Under the pieces are notes generated by a model. That model worked only from the letters and a program-made list of their open reading frames with translations, was not told the origin of the DNA and made no database searches. The position numbers and the translations under genes are program-made. Below are positions 19,170 to 27,896 of a stretch of 51,022 nucleotides of DNA, piece after piece; the stretch's first letter is position 1; the number at the start of each line of letters is the position of its first letter. The DNA comes from Puniceicoccales bacterium (GTDB lineage Bacteria > Verrucomicrobiota > Verrucomicrobiia > Opitutales > JAIRLG01): contig JAITIW010000029.1 of NCBI GenBank assembly GCA_031279255.1, positions 1-51,022 on the forward strand. Direction: 5' to 3'.

Positions 19170-19697
19170 GTGGAAACGATACGTTTGGATAACATCGACA
19201 GCACCAATGACGAGGCCTTTCGTCTGAGCGCCACAAAGTCGCTACCCTTTATCATCATCGCTGCACGGCAGTTCGCAGGACGTGGGCAAGGGAAGCATAC
19301 GTGGTACAGCGATGATCCGCATAATTTGTATTGGACTCTGATCTGGAAACCACGACAAACGCCACAAGGATTTCAAAATCATTCCACGAAAGTAGCCATT
19401 CTTCTCAGTCAAAAACTGCGGGAACACTATCGCATTCCGGTAAGCGTCAAATACCCCAATGATCTCATGATTCAGGGTCGTAAGCTCGGTGGTATTCTGA
19501 CGGAAACGCGCATCACATCCGGCAATCTAGTCCTGGCGGCTTGCGGAATTGGACTTAATATCAACGGCAATATCAATGCCTATCCCGACGACATTCGGGA
19601 ACATTGTTGCCGCTTAAGCGATTGGGTGTCGAAGCCCATCGAGCTGCGAACTGTAGAAATTTTGTTAGAAGAAATGTTTTCTAAGCACTTTTTGTAA
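19170..19697 (+). CDS. birA: Biotin-[acetyl-CoA-carboxylase] ligase, short group-I type
   Basis: GTG start. IDSTNDEA and the GRGQGKHTW variant of the GRGRxGRxW biotin-binding motif, plus KYPNDL and GGILTE. At 175 aa it has no HTH and no C-terminal domain. Confidence 0.75.
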   Translation: METIRLDNIDSTNDEAFRLSATKSLPFIIIAARQFAGRGQGKHTWYSDDPHNLYWTLIWKPRQTPQGFQNHSTKVAILLSQKLREHYRIPVSVKYPNDLMIQGRKLGGILTETRITSGNLVLAACGIGLNINGNINAYPDDIREHCCRLSDWVSKPIELRTVEILLEEMFSKHFL

Positions 19698-19728
19698 AAA
19701 ATTTGCGATCTCATCATCGCCGGACGGC

Positions 19729-19851
19729 ATCAGGTGACGTCATCAAATCAGGTAGCAACTTTTCTATCTTATTTTGCAATTACCTCCTATGTGTCTTTTC
19801 CAATTCTCTTTCTCCCATTTTCCAATCTCTCATTTAACGACGACATCTAAG
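19729..19851 (-). mobile_element. MITE-like element, copy C (inverted orientation, shortest)
   Basis: Its reverse complement reads ttag|atgtcgtcgttaaatgagag...gacacataggagg...cctgatttgatgacgtc, aligning with copies A, B and D. Confidence 0.55.
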
Positions 19852-19958
19852 CGACCATATTGTCGTAGGACTTATTCCTCTGACACGCTCGAAGAGCATT
19901 CGCATACAAGACAATACGAACTCAAAAGACTTCATTTTGATATGGCCAAAGTGGCTTA

Positions 19959-20999
19959 TTGTCCATGATGGCCATGCTTTCGGAAAAATATCAAAAATCT
20001 ATGGAAGAAACTATTCACATCGCCTTTGCCTGTGATGACGCCTATGCCAAATTCACCGCCGTAGCACTTTGGTCATTGATGGAACATTACCATGGCACAG
20101 CGCCTGTCCATGTACATATCCTGAGTGGCGAACTATCGGAAATATCTCGGCAAAAACTACAGCAAATACAGGAGAATTTCCCAGCCCTAGAGCTCTATTT
20201 TCCTCCACTGCCGGAGGCTCTTTGGGAACTTCCCGTAGCGGAAAGATATCCCCACAACGAAGTCTATGCGCGTATTTTTTTAGCAGAAATTCTACCCGGA
20301 GCCTCGCGCGTGCTTTACCTGGACAGTGATCTCTTAATCTTGGGTGAATGGGAATCGCTTTATCATTTGAATATCAAGCCCTATGCCTTTGCGGCGAGGT
20401 CTGAAATGGGATTTGCTCCGCTGAGACGACATAATCGTCGATTAAAGCGTAAAAAAGATGCGGATTACTTCAACGTAGGCGTTCTGCTCATGGACCTCGA
20501 TCGCTGGAGGGATGAGGGGATTACGGAAAGCCTCGTAAAGCTCGTCCAGGCGAGAGGGCCATTTGATTTTCCGGAACAGGATGCGTTGAATATCATCATC
20601 GATGTGAATTATTACCCATTGGAGCCCTGTTGGAATAAATTTGACTACAGAAATTTTTATCCCGGTCGTGAAGAAGAGCCGAAAATCATCCACTTTGTTT
20701 ACCAAAAGCCATGGAAATCATTTTCGAAATCTCTAGAAGAGAAGTGTTTGGGTGATCAAAGCCATATGCCATCGCGGCTCCCGCGGCGTTTCGGGTGCTA
20801 TTACCTGACACATCTTTTCTGGGAAACGGCCGCTCGTACGCCTTTCGCCGAAGATTTAAGGATTTTACAAGATACCGCTAAGTGCGTAAGACCCATGAAA
20901 CGTCAATCGATGCTGCACGCTCTGTCCTTCATCGAAAGATTTATCCGCAAGGCGATCCGAGATCCCATCAAACGTCGATTTTGGGCCACTAAATCATGA
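19959..20999 (+). CDS. Family 8 glycosyltransferase (LPS glucosyl/galactosyltransferase-like)
   Basis: IHIAFACDDAYAKF, the DxD motif in LYLDSDLLI, NVGVLLMDL and EQDALN. The true start may be an internal Met (e.g. 20001). Confidence 0.75.
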   Translation: MSMMAMLSEKYQKSMEETIHIAFACDDAYAKFTAVALWSLMEHYHGTAPVHVHILSGELSEISRQKLQQIQENFPALELYFPPLPEALWELPVAERYPHNEVYARIFLAEILPGASRVLYLDSDLLILGEWESLYHLNIKPYAFAARSEMGFAPLRRHNRRLKRKKDADYFNVGVLLMDLDRWRDEGITESLVKLVQARGPFDFPEQDALNIIIDVNYYPLEPCWNKFDYRNFYPGREEEPKIIHFVYQKPWKSFSKSLEEKCLGDQSHMPSRLPRRFGCYYLTHLFWETAARTPFAEDLRILQDTAKCVRPMKRQSMLHALSFIERFIRKAIRDPIKRRFWATKS

Positions 21000-21688
21000 A
21001 TTTTTTCTTCGGCCAGAAACCCACTCCTTGTGTAAAAGCCATCCAGCAAGCTCTTGGCTATCGCTTCAAATCTCCATTACTCTTGGGGAAAGCTCTTACG
21101 CATCCATCGATTTCAGCCGAAACAAATTATGAACGTTTGGAATTTTTAGGCGATGCCATCCTGTCAACGATTTTGGCTGATGCGCTCTTTCAATTATTTC
21201 CGGACAAGTCCGAGGGAGAGTTGACGGTTTACAAAAGCTCCTTGGTCAATGGAAAATTTTTGGCAGCATTGGCGGAAAAAATGAATATCCGTCCCTGGAT
21301 CCGCTTCAATGCTCAGGTTTCCGGAGGGCCCATGAGCTCTTCTGTTTTGGAAGATGTTTTGGAATCCCTGGTGGGGGCCATTTTTCTCGAAGCGGGATTT
21401 AAGACGACGCAACGAGTCGTACTGTCCTGGTTTGGAAATATTAAGCTCCATGTGGAGTCGGCTTTGCAGGAGTATAATCCTAAGGGAAGGGTCCAGGAAT
21501 ATGCCCAGAGCCAATCGCCGATCTGGAGCATCGACTACCGTCTAGTAAGAGAGGAAGGGGAAGGTTCCCAAAAAATCTTTGAAGTTGAGCTGTGGTTGCA
21601 AGGAAAATTGTACGGTCAGGCCTGTTCGCATTCCAAAAAACGCGCCCAAGAAGCTGCTGCTCAGGAAGCTCTTAGGAAATTATCCTAA
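20996..21688 (+). CDS. rnc: Ribonuclease III
   Basis: Signature ERLEFLGDAIL and a C-terminal dsRBD (KGRVQEYAQ...SKKRAQEAAAQEAL). There is an ATGA overlap with the GT8 stop. Confidence 0.9.
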   Translation: MNFFFGQKPTPCVKAIQQALGYRFKSPLLLGKALTHPSISAETNYERLEFLGDAILSTILADALFQLFPDKSEGELTVYKSSLVNGKFLAALAEKMNIRPWIRFNAQVSGGPMSSSVLEDVLESLVGAIFLEAGFKTTQRVVLSWFGNIKLHVESALQEYNPKGRVQEYAQSQSPIWSIDYRLVREEGEGSQKIFEVELWLQGKLYGQACSHSKKRAQEAAAQEALRKLS

Positions 21689-21716
21689 CTGCCTGATTTG
21701 ACGATACCATCCAGGG
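21689..21716 (+). repeat. Possible solo right end of the MITE-like family
   Basis: ctgcctgatttgacgataccatcc matches the right terminus ...tgcctgattt(t)gacgacatcct of copies A and B. No matching left end lies nearby. Confidence 0.3.
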
Positions 21717-21816
21717 CCAATCTCAGTATCGTGCCTGTTCTTATCACGCATGCTTTAAATTTCGCCGTTTTCCCTAGCAACCAAGCAAGATTTTCAACCA
21801 TTAAGTAAAGTCGTCC

Positions 21817-21917
21817 CCACCGCCTTCGAGCCCAATGGGCTCGCCCGCGCAGCGGGCCTGCGCCTTCGGCGAAAGGAAGGCCTTCGGCCTTCTTGCGCCG
21901 GGGCGCGAAGGCGGTGG
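21817..21917. repeat. GC-rich nested-hairpin element G2 (101 bp)
   Basis: ccaccgccttcg...cgaaggcggtgg encloses gagccc-aat-gggctc, gcccgc-gca-gcgggc and gaaggcc-ttc-ggccttc. It is collinear with G1. Confidence 0.8.
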
Positions 21918-22128
21918 AAGGAAACAAAAGCCCAGTAACTCACGAAATTAATAAAAATTCAGCAACCAGCGAAAATTCAATAGCTAACTGAGCATAAGCT
22001 TCATGTTATAAATTACCCATTGAGCATAGCTCCCTATTGTAAAAAATTTTCTTTCGCATCACGGCCTAAAGCGATGCAGAACCTTTCGCTGCATTGACAG
22101 TCACAAAAATGCAGATAGAAACTACCCT

Positions 22129-22971
22129 GTGGGAAGAAAAGGTTTTTCATTGCTCGAGATGGTTCTGGCTTTGGCGCTAGGCGGAAGTGTCCTGCTGGCC
22201 TCCGTATCGTTGATGACTACTTTTGTCGAATTATGGGAACGCGAAACCAAGCCAGATTGGGAAATAGAAGCTCAGATCGTCGCGAAAAAGTTCCTGAGCA
22301 ACAGTCTGCAGGAGGCCTACATTCGGTTGCAGGGGATGTATCCAGATAAAAAGGGCGACCCAACGGAACCACAGCCCTATTGGCGAGATTCCGATCCACA
22401 ACCGGGAACTTTTTATTTGTATTGGCAAAATCACAACACACCGCCCTTCATCGATAATCCACAGGGGAGGTTCATCGAATATCATCTGGTGCACGATCAT
22501 AAAAAACACCGCGTACAATTACACCATCGCCTCTTACCCCTGGATTACAGACAACAACTCCCGCCTGCTCAACACGTGACTTTGTTCCGCAAGTGTAGCT
22601 ACTTCGGTTATGCCTATTATACCTTCGACGGCGATAGCTGGAACATTACGCTAGAGCCTAAACAAGATCAGCAGGGCCGAAACAAACTTCCCGATGGATT
22701 TCATTTTGAATTCGAAGATAAGACGCAGCTCTTTGTCTATCTGAAGAAACACAGCCACTTCCCATTTAAAGCTCCGGAGCCACCGAAGCCATCAAATCTG
22801 CCGGATCCGACTAGAGGAGGAGGCGGCGGTGGTGGCAGCGGAGGTGGCGGACACGGAGGCACTCAGGGTCAAGGTAATCAAACTCAACCAGGAAATAATC
22901 CTCTGCAAAATCCGACAACGGCTTCACAATCCATGAATCCCAGGAGCGCTGCACCGAAACGCAGATCATGA
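22129..22971 (+). CDS. Prepilin-type N-terminal domain protein (pseudopilin-like) with a Gly/Gln/Asn-rich tail
   Basis: GTG start. GFSLLEMVLALALGGSVLLA is a prepilin cleavage/methylation motif plus hydrophobic helix. The C-terminus reads GGGGGGSGGGGHGGTQGQGNQTQPGNNPLQNP. Confidence 0.6.
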   Translation: MGRKGFSLLEMVLALALGGSVLLASVSLMTTFVELWERETKPDWEIEAQIVAKKFLSNSLQEAYIRLQGMYPDKKGDPTEPQPYWRDSDPQPGTFYLYWQNHNTPPFIDNPQGRFIEYHLVHDHKKHRVQLHHRLLPLDYRQQLPPAQHVTLFRKCSYFGYAYYTFDGDSWNITLEPKQDQQGRNKLPDGFHFEFEDKTQLFVYLKKHSHFPFKAPEPPKPSNLPDPTRGGGGGGGSGGGGHGGTQGQGNQTQPGNNPLQNPTTASQSMNPRSAAPKRRS

Positions 22972-23006
22972 AATTCCAAGATTGATAAAAACAAAAATGT
23001 TCTATC

Positions 23007-23417
23007 ATGGACGACATGCTGGAACACAAGGTCGACATCCGTGTGCGATATGCCGAAACGGATCTCATGGGCATCGTACATCATGCCCATTACTGGGTAT
23101 GGTGCGAAGTGGCGCGCATTGCGCTAATGGACTTCATGGGCTACCCCTATGCACGACTCGAGGCGGAAGGATTTTTTCTGCCGGTGGTCGAATTACAGGC
23201 CAAATATCGCGCATCCGCTCATTTTGATGATCTGCTAGTCGTATGGGCTACGATTCGAGAAATGCCACGCTCGCGAATCGAAATATCGTACCGTATCGAG
23301 CGTCAGGGCCAACGGCTTTTCGATGGCAGTTCCCGCCATGCCTTTGTCCAAAAGGGCGGAGGTGCTTGTCGTCCACCGACAGCGTGGCTACAGGCATTGA
23401 TGCCATATATAAAATAA
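23007..23417 (+). CDS. Acyl-CoA thioesterase, YbgC/4HBT hot-dog family
   Basis: 136 aa. VRYAETDLMGIVHHAHYWVW matches the family N-terminal catalytic motif (V.Y.DTD..G.V.H..Y). Confidence 0.75.
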   Translation: MDDMLEHKVDIRVRYAETDLMGIVHHAHYWVWCEVARIALMDFMGYPYARLEAEGFFLPVVELQAKYRASAHFDDLLVVWATIREMPRSRIEISYRIERQGQRLFDGSSRHAFVQKGGGACRPPTAWLQALMPYIK

Positions 23418-23447
23418 CGAGGAGCTGGACATCGCATTTGGCGCACT

Positions 23448-23601
23448 TCTAAAAAGTGTCGTCAATATCAGGCAGCAATCTTTTCGCCTTGTTCTACAAT
23501 TCATCTGCAATATGTCGTATCTCCTACGTGTCCTTTTTTCCATTCCCTCCACCTTCTTCTCTCTTTCCTTCGTTAATCTTTTATTTGACGACACACTCTA
23601 G
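23448..23601 (-). mobile_element. MITE-like element, copy D (inverted orientation)
   Basis: Its reverse complement reads ctag|agtgtgtcgtcaaataaaagatt...ggacacgtaggagatacgac...cctgatattgacgacacttt|ttag. It is nearly collinear with copy B. Confidence 0.65.
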
Positions 23602-23631
23602 GCTATGGGGAAACTAGCTGTAGAAAAATTC

Positions 23632-24738
23632 TCAGTTCTTTTTAGGACCCTGCCAATCTGTTGGTAATTTCACTCGAAATGTTGTTCCGGAACCGAGTGT
23701 CGACTTAAAGGCGATGCTTCCATGATGCAAATCCACGCAGTATTTTACCATAAACATCCCTACGCCGATACCCTTAGCGGTGCCGACATTCGTTCCTCGG
23801 TAAAAGAGATGAAAAATTTTCCCATGATCTTCAACGGGAATCCCAATACCTTTATCAGCTACTTCCAGAACCAGCTGATTTTGATCGCGGCGTAATGTCA
23901 ATATGACCTTCGTATCCGGAGGAGAATATTTCAAGGCGTTACTCAACAGATTGACCAAGATATAATTGAAAAGTGCTGGATCGATACACCACATCAACGG
24001 AAAATCCTCTGATACTTTGACGATGACCCGCGATCTTCCTCCATAGACCTGGACGAATTGTATCGCCTCCTGGCAAAGTGTCAACGGATCGACGAGTGAT
24101 ACTTGCAAACAGAGTTGTCCATTTTGAATTTTTCCCAACAGTAAAATATCATCCATCATCCGAGCCATACGGAGAACATCGACGCTTATCTGCTCCAAAT
24201 ATTTCCTTCGCTCTTCTGAAGAAAGGCGTTCCCAATAATCTCTCAAAAGATCTGACGCGGCCTGAAGCGATGCCATAGGTGTACGAAATTCGTGCGAGAC
24301 AAGACTAACAAAAAGACTCTTGGCCTGATTAACTTTCTCAGCTCTTTGCCATTTCATTTTCAAATTTTTCTCTCTTTTCCGAGCGTCCTGCATATCCCAA
24401 ATGTAGAGCCCGATACACCCTTTTCGACCGCCGGCCGCGATTATCTCTGATGCCAAATGCTGTCCGTTTTTATGCCGAAATTCACACGATAACTTTAAAA
24501 TATCTCCTTCGTTTCTTTTACACTTCAGCGCTTGCCACAAGCGTTCATATCGAAATACCAAAGTTTCTAAACTCAGAGAGTGCAAAGATGGAGGCTCATA
24601 TCCTAAAAAATAATGAGCCATTTTATTGGCATAGAGGACCCGAGCATCGGTATCGATCATAAGGGTGGAAATCGGTAGATTTCCTAAAAAATCATAAAAA
24701 TTCACAATATTTTCTCCAAACAAGAGATACCATGACAT
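23632..24738 (-). CDS. Cytoplasmic PAS-domain sensor histidine kinase
   Basis: H-box SHEFRTPM, N-box LLSNALKYS, G1 DKGIGI, G2 GIGVGM, and an N-terminal PAS-like segment. There is no TM helix. No response regulator lies adjacent. Confidence 0.85.
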   Translation of the reverse strand: MSWYLLFGENIVNFYDFLGNLPISTLMIDTDARVLYANKMAHYFLGYEPPSLHSLSLETLVFRYERLWQALKCKRNEGDILKLSCEFRHKNGQHLASEIIAAGGRKGCIGLYIWDMQDARKREKNLKMKWQRAEKVNQAKSLFVSLVSHEFRTPMASLQAASDLLRDYWERLSSEERRKYLEQISVDVLRMARMMDDILLLGKIQNGQLCLQVSLVDPLTLCQEAIQFVQVYGGRSRVIVKVSEDFPLMWCIDPALFNYILVNLLSNALKYSPPDTKVILTLRRDQNQLVLEVADKGIGIPVEDHGKIFHLFYRGTNVGTAKGIGVGMFMVKYCVDLHHGSIAFKSTLGSGTTFRVKLPTDWQGPKKN

Positions 24739-25225
24739 ATCTCAAAACGGTATGGTGATCCATGGCTATAAATGTACACAGAAGGCATAAAATATACGTG
24801 TAGGCCACGTATTAAAACCGAAAATAAAACGATCAAGATAAGATTACGAACAGATCTCAAGAGAGCACATTTCATTTCAGGCCTCAGAGACATGCAATGA
24901 AGCGCTTTACGGCCGCGCTGGCTAAAACTTTTCATAGGAGAACGATGTATCTCGCCGGAAAAGTATCGGGATCCGACACCTAAAGAAATGTGTAAAATTT
25001 TTTGCAACAGTACATCTTTTTACTATCAATTTTTTATAGATTGGATGAGACTTTATTTCCCTTAACGCAAAAACTGTCAAGCAAGATCACCAGAAGCCCA
25101 ATGGTAAAAATTTCAATATTCGTCACTACAATCCTGTTTTTTCATTTGCCTTTCTCGCCTCACGCTCTTCTAATATCTTCCTACAAAAAGACACATCATC
25201 AAGTGCTGACTTTTTAACTTTCTAT

Positions 25226-27418
25226 ATGAACTCGTTATTTTGGTTTATCCCGTTGACATCTGTCATTGCGCTGGCAACGGCACGCTTTTTCTTCAAGCAA
25301 ATGATACAATACCCGAGGGGGTCGGAAAAAATGAAATCCATTGCCCGTCACATCCGTCAGGGCGCAATGGCCTATCTTCAGCAGCAGTACAAGGTCGTAG
25401 GCATTGTCTTTCTCATCATAGCTTGTCTCTTGGCTTATCTCTGTTATGGGATCAAATTACAGAATAAGTGGCTTCCCTTTGCTTTTTTATCGGCTGGATT
25501 TTTCTCCTCACTGGCTGGATTTTTAGGGATGCGTACGGCCACCTGTGCCTCTTCACGAACCGCATTCGCCGCCTCTCAATCACTGAATGATGCCCTCCAA
25601 GTTGCTTTTCGCAGCGGTGCCGTCATGGGTCTTGTCGTTGTCGGATTGGCTCTATTGGACTATTCCATCTGGTTCTACGTCCTACATACTTTCACTAACG
25701 CCCCCACTGGGCAACAGAAGCTACTCGCCATCACAAACACTATGCTGACCTTTGGGATGGGAACTTCTTTGCAGGCGCTTTTCGCGCGCGTCGGGGGAGG
25801 TATTTTCACCAAAGCAGCTGACGTTGGTGCTGATCTCGTCGGGAAAATAGAAGCCAATATTCCGGAGGATGATCCACGGAATCCCGCTACCATTGCCGAT
25901 AATGTCGGCGATAATGTCGGCGATGTTGCCGGTATGGGTGCTGATCTCTACGAATCCTTTTACAGCTCCATCCTAGCCGCTACCGCTCTAGGCGCCGCCG
26001 CTTTTTTCTCCCACGATATCACCACTCAGATTAAAGCTGCGCTTTTACCGGCCATGATCGGAGCCGTAGGGACATTGCTTTCCATTTTAGGCATTTTCAG
26101 CGTTCGCACTCATGAAGAAGCCACTATGCATGACCTACTTAAAGCCCTCAATAGAGGCGTTCGCTACAGTGCCATCTTGATCTTTGTACTCTCTTTTCTC
26201 CTTCTCTATATCTTGCATATACCGAATTATGTCGGCATCTGGGGATCGGTCGTCGTCGGATTGATAACCGGAGAAATTATCGGGAAATCCTCCGAATATT
26301 TCACTTCTCAAGCCTACAAACCGACTCAACGCATTGCACAGCACGCCTCGACGAGCGCCGCTACAGGTGTCATAAGTGGCATCGGAATAGGTATGATTTC
26401 GACGGTCATACCGGTCAGCGCAGTTGCCATAGGGAGTATTCTGGCCTTTGGTTTCGCATCTGAATTCAATCCTAAAGCTATTTCCATGGGACTCTTTGGC
26501 ATCAGTGTCGCGGCTGTCGGTATGCTTTCCACGCTGGGTATCACGTTGGCAACGGATGCCTACGGCCCCATCGCCGATAATGCCGGAGGTAATGCTGAAA
26601 TGAGTAAGCTTTCCTCCGAAGTCAGACGACGAACAGATACTCTCGATGCTTTGGGTAATACGACTGCCGCTACGGGAAAAGGATTCGCCATCGGCTCTGC
26701 AGCTCTGACAGCTCTAGCGCTCATGGCATCCTATGTGGAAGGCATCCGAATCTGCATGCTCCAATCCGGATACCACGCCCTTTCCTGTGGGCATCATTTA
26801 GTCAATACAGCTCAGGCATCATTGATCGATTTTATGCACCTCTACGAAGTACACCTCATGAATCCCGATGTCCTCATTGGCTTATTTATCGGTTCCATGA
26901 TGGCATTTCTGTTCTGCGGCTTGACCATCAATGCCGTCGGGCGCGCAGCGGCCAGTATGGTCAACGAAGTCCGTCGCCAATTTCGAGAAATCGCCGGCAT
27001 TCTCGAAGGCAAAACGAAACCAGACTATGCACGTTGCGTCACGATTTCCACCAGAGCCGCGCAGAGGGAAATGTGCATACCGGCCTGCAGTGCGATCATC
27101 GTTCCGATTGTCATCGGTTACTTCCTAGGCGTCCCGGGAGTCCTCGGGCTCTTAAGTGGTTCCCTGTCGACGGGATTCGTCCTCGCCATTTTCATGGCTA
27201 ATTCCGGAGGAGCTTGGGATAATGCCAAAAAATATATCGAAGAAGGGGCCTATGGCGGCAAGGGCTCTCCGGCTCATAAATCGGCCATCGTTGGCGACAC
27301 CATTGGCGATCCTTTTAAGGATACCTCTGGGCCAAGCCTCAACATCTTGATCAAACTCATGACCATGATAGCGATCGTGACCGTTGGCATCACCGTTGGA
27401 AAAACTTGTGTTCATTAA
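25226..27418 (+). CDS. hppA: Membrane-bound proton/sodium-translocating pyrophosphatase
   Basis: 730 aa, polytopic. Motifs GGIFTKAADVGADLVGK, DNVGDNVGDVAGMGADL, GGAWDNAKKYIE and GDTIGDPFKDTSGPSLN. Confidence 0.95.
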   Translation: MNSLFWFIPLTSVIALATARFFFKQMIQYPRGSEKMKSIARHIRQGAMAYLQQQYKVVGIVFLIIACLLAYLCYGIKLQNKWLPFAFLSAGFFSSLAGFLGMRTATCASSRTAFAASQSLNDALQVAFRSGAVMGLVVVGLALLDYSIWFYVLHTFTNAPTGQQKLLAITNTMLTFGMGTSLQALFARVGGGIFTKAADVGADLVGKIEANIPEDDPRNPATIADNVGDNVGDVAGMGADLYESFYSSILAATALGAAAFFSHDITTQIKAALLPAMIGAVGTLLSILGIFSVRTHEEATMHDLLKALNRGVRYSAILIFVLSFLLLYILHIPNYVGIWGSVVVGLITGEIIGKSSEYFTSQAYKPTQRIAQHASTSAATGVISGIGIGMISTVIPVSAVAIGSILAFGFASEFNPKAISMGLFGISVAAVGMLSTLGITLATDAYGPIADNAGGNAEMSKLSSEVRRRTDTLDALGNTTAATGKGFAIGSAALTALALMASYVEGIRICMLQSGYHALSCGHHLVNTAQASLIDFMHLYEVHLMNPDVLIGLFIGSMMAFLFCGLTINAVGRAAASMVNEVRRQFREIAGILEGKTKPDYARCVTISTRAAQREMCIPACSAIIVPIVIGYFLGVPGVLGLLSGSLSTGFVLAIFMANSGGAWDNAKKYIEEGAYGGKGSPAHKSAIVGDTIGDPFKDTSGPSLNILIKLMTMIAIVTVGITVGKTCVH

Positions 27419-27425
27419 ACCTCAA

Positions 27426-27626
27426 ATGGCGGAGATTTTTGTTATGATACCTTCTGTTGTTTTATTTACAGTTTTGTTTATATTGACGGGCATAATGCAT
27501 TCGCCATTGGTTAAAGCTCATAATTCTGATAGGCATTCTTTTGTCGGAGAGCTGCATGCGATTCTTGAAATCGCAACTATTACACAGTTGTTAATTGCTG
27601 TGAATAAATTGCTAGGTTGGATTTAA
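27426..27626 (+). CDS. Possible small single-pass membrane protein (weak call)
   Basis: ATG lies 8 nt after the hppA stop. MAEIFVMIPSVVLFTVLFILTGIM is a hydrophobic helix. The region is AT-rich, and I recognise no homology. Confidence 0.2.
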   Translation: MAEIFVMIPSVVLFTVLFILTGIMHSPLVKAHNSDRHSFVGELHAILEIATITQLLIAVNKLLGWI

Positions 27627-27896
27627 TCGTAGGTTTACTCTAGAACCGATTGGTTAAACAAGCGCCCATTCAAGTTCGAAATGCAACAACGGTCATTCAC
27701 AGGATATAATTTTTTATACCGAAAGTTGCACCCCAAAGTGATCTAAAAGGCCATGAGGAGAAGTTAATCTCGATTTAGTATTCCATAAAAAAGATTAATA
27801 TGGCTCGCCTATTATTTCTGATGTATGCATGCCGCCATTGAGTTAAAATTTTTCGTTTGAAGAATCCTAAAGTGCTGCCATCTTTAAGAGCTTGCT

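Noticed and set aside
19774-19968. Track ORFs over MITE copies (19774-19968 +, 23388-23594 -)
   Set aside because: These are translations of the pyrimidine- or purine-rich MITE core. The same DNA recurs in non-coding contexts in both orientations.
21817-21917. The cloverleaf-like fold of G1/G2 looked like a tRNA or tRNA-like gene.
   Set aside because: At 101 nt it has no T-loop GTTCRANYC motif, no D-loop or anticodon-arm geometry, and a 10-12 bp closing stem. It does not fit a tRNA or tmRNA.
21685-21927. Track ORF 21685-21927 (-), 80 aa
   Set aside because: It is a translation of hairpin element G2 (Arg/Ala/Gly-rich) and has no plausible gene context.
24702-25007. 101-aa ORF upstream of and overlapping the histidine kinase start
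   Set aside because: It has a TTG start, overlaps the kinase by 37 nt, and shows odd composition with no motif. It is probably intergenic promoter DNA, although a small upstream gene cannot be fully excluded.
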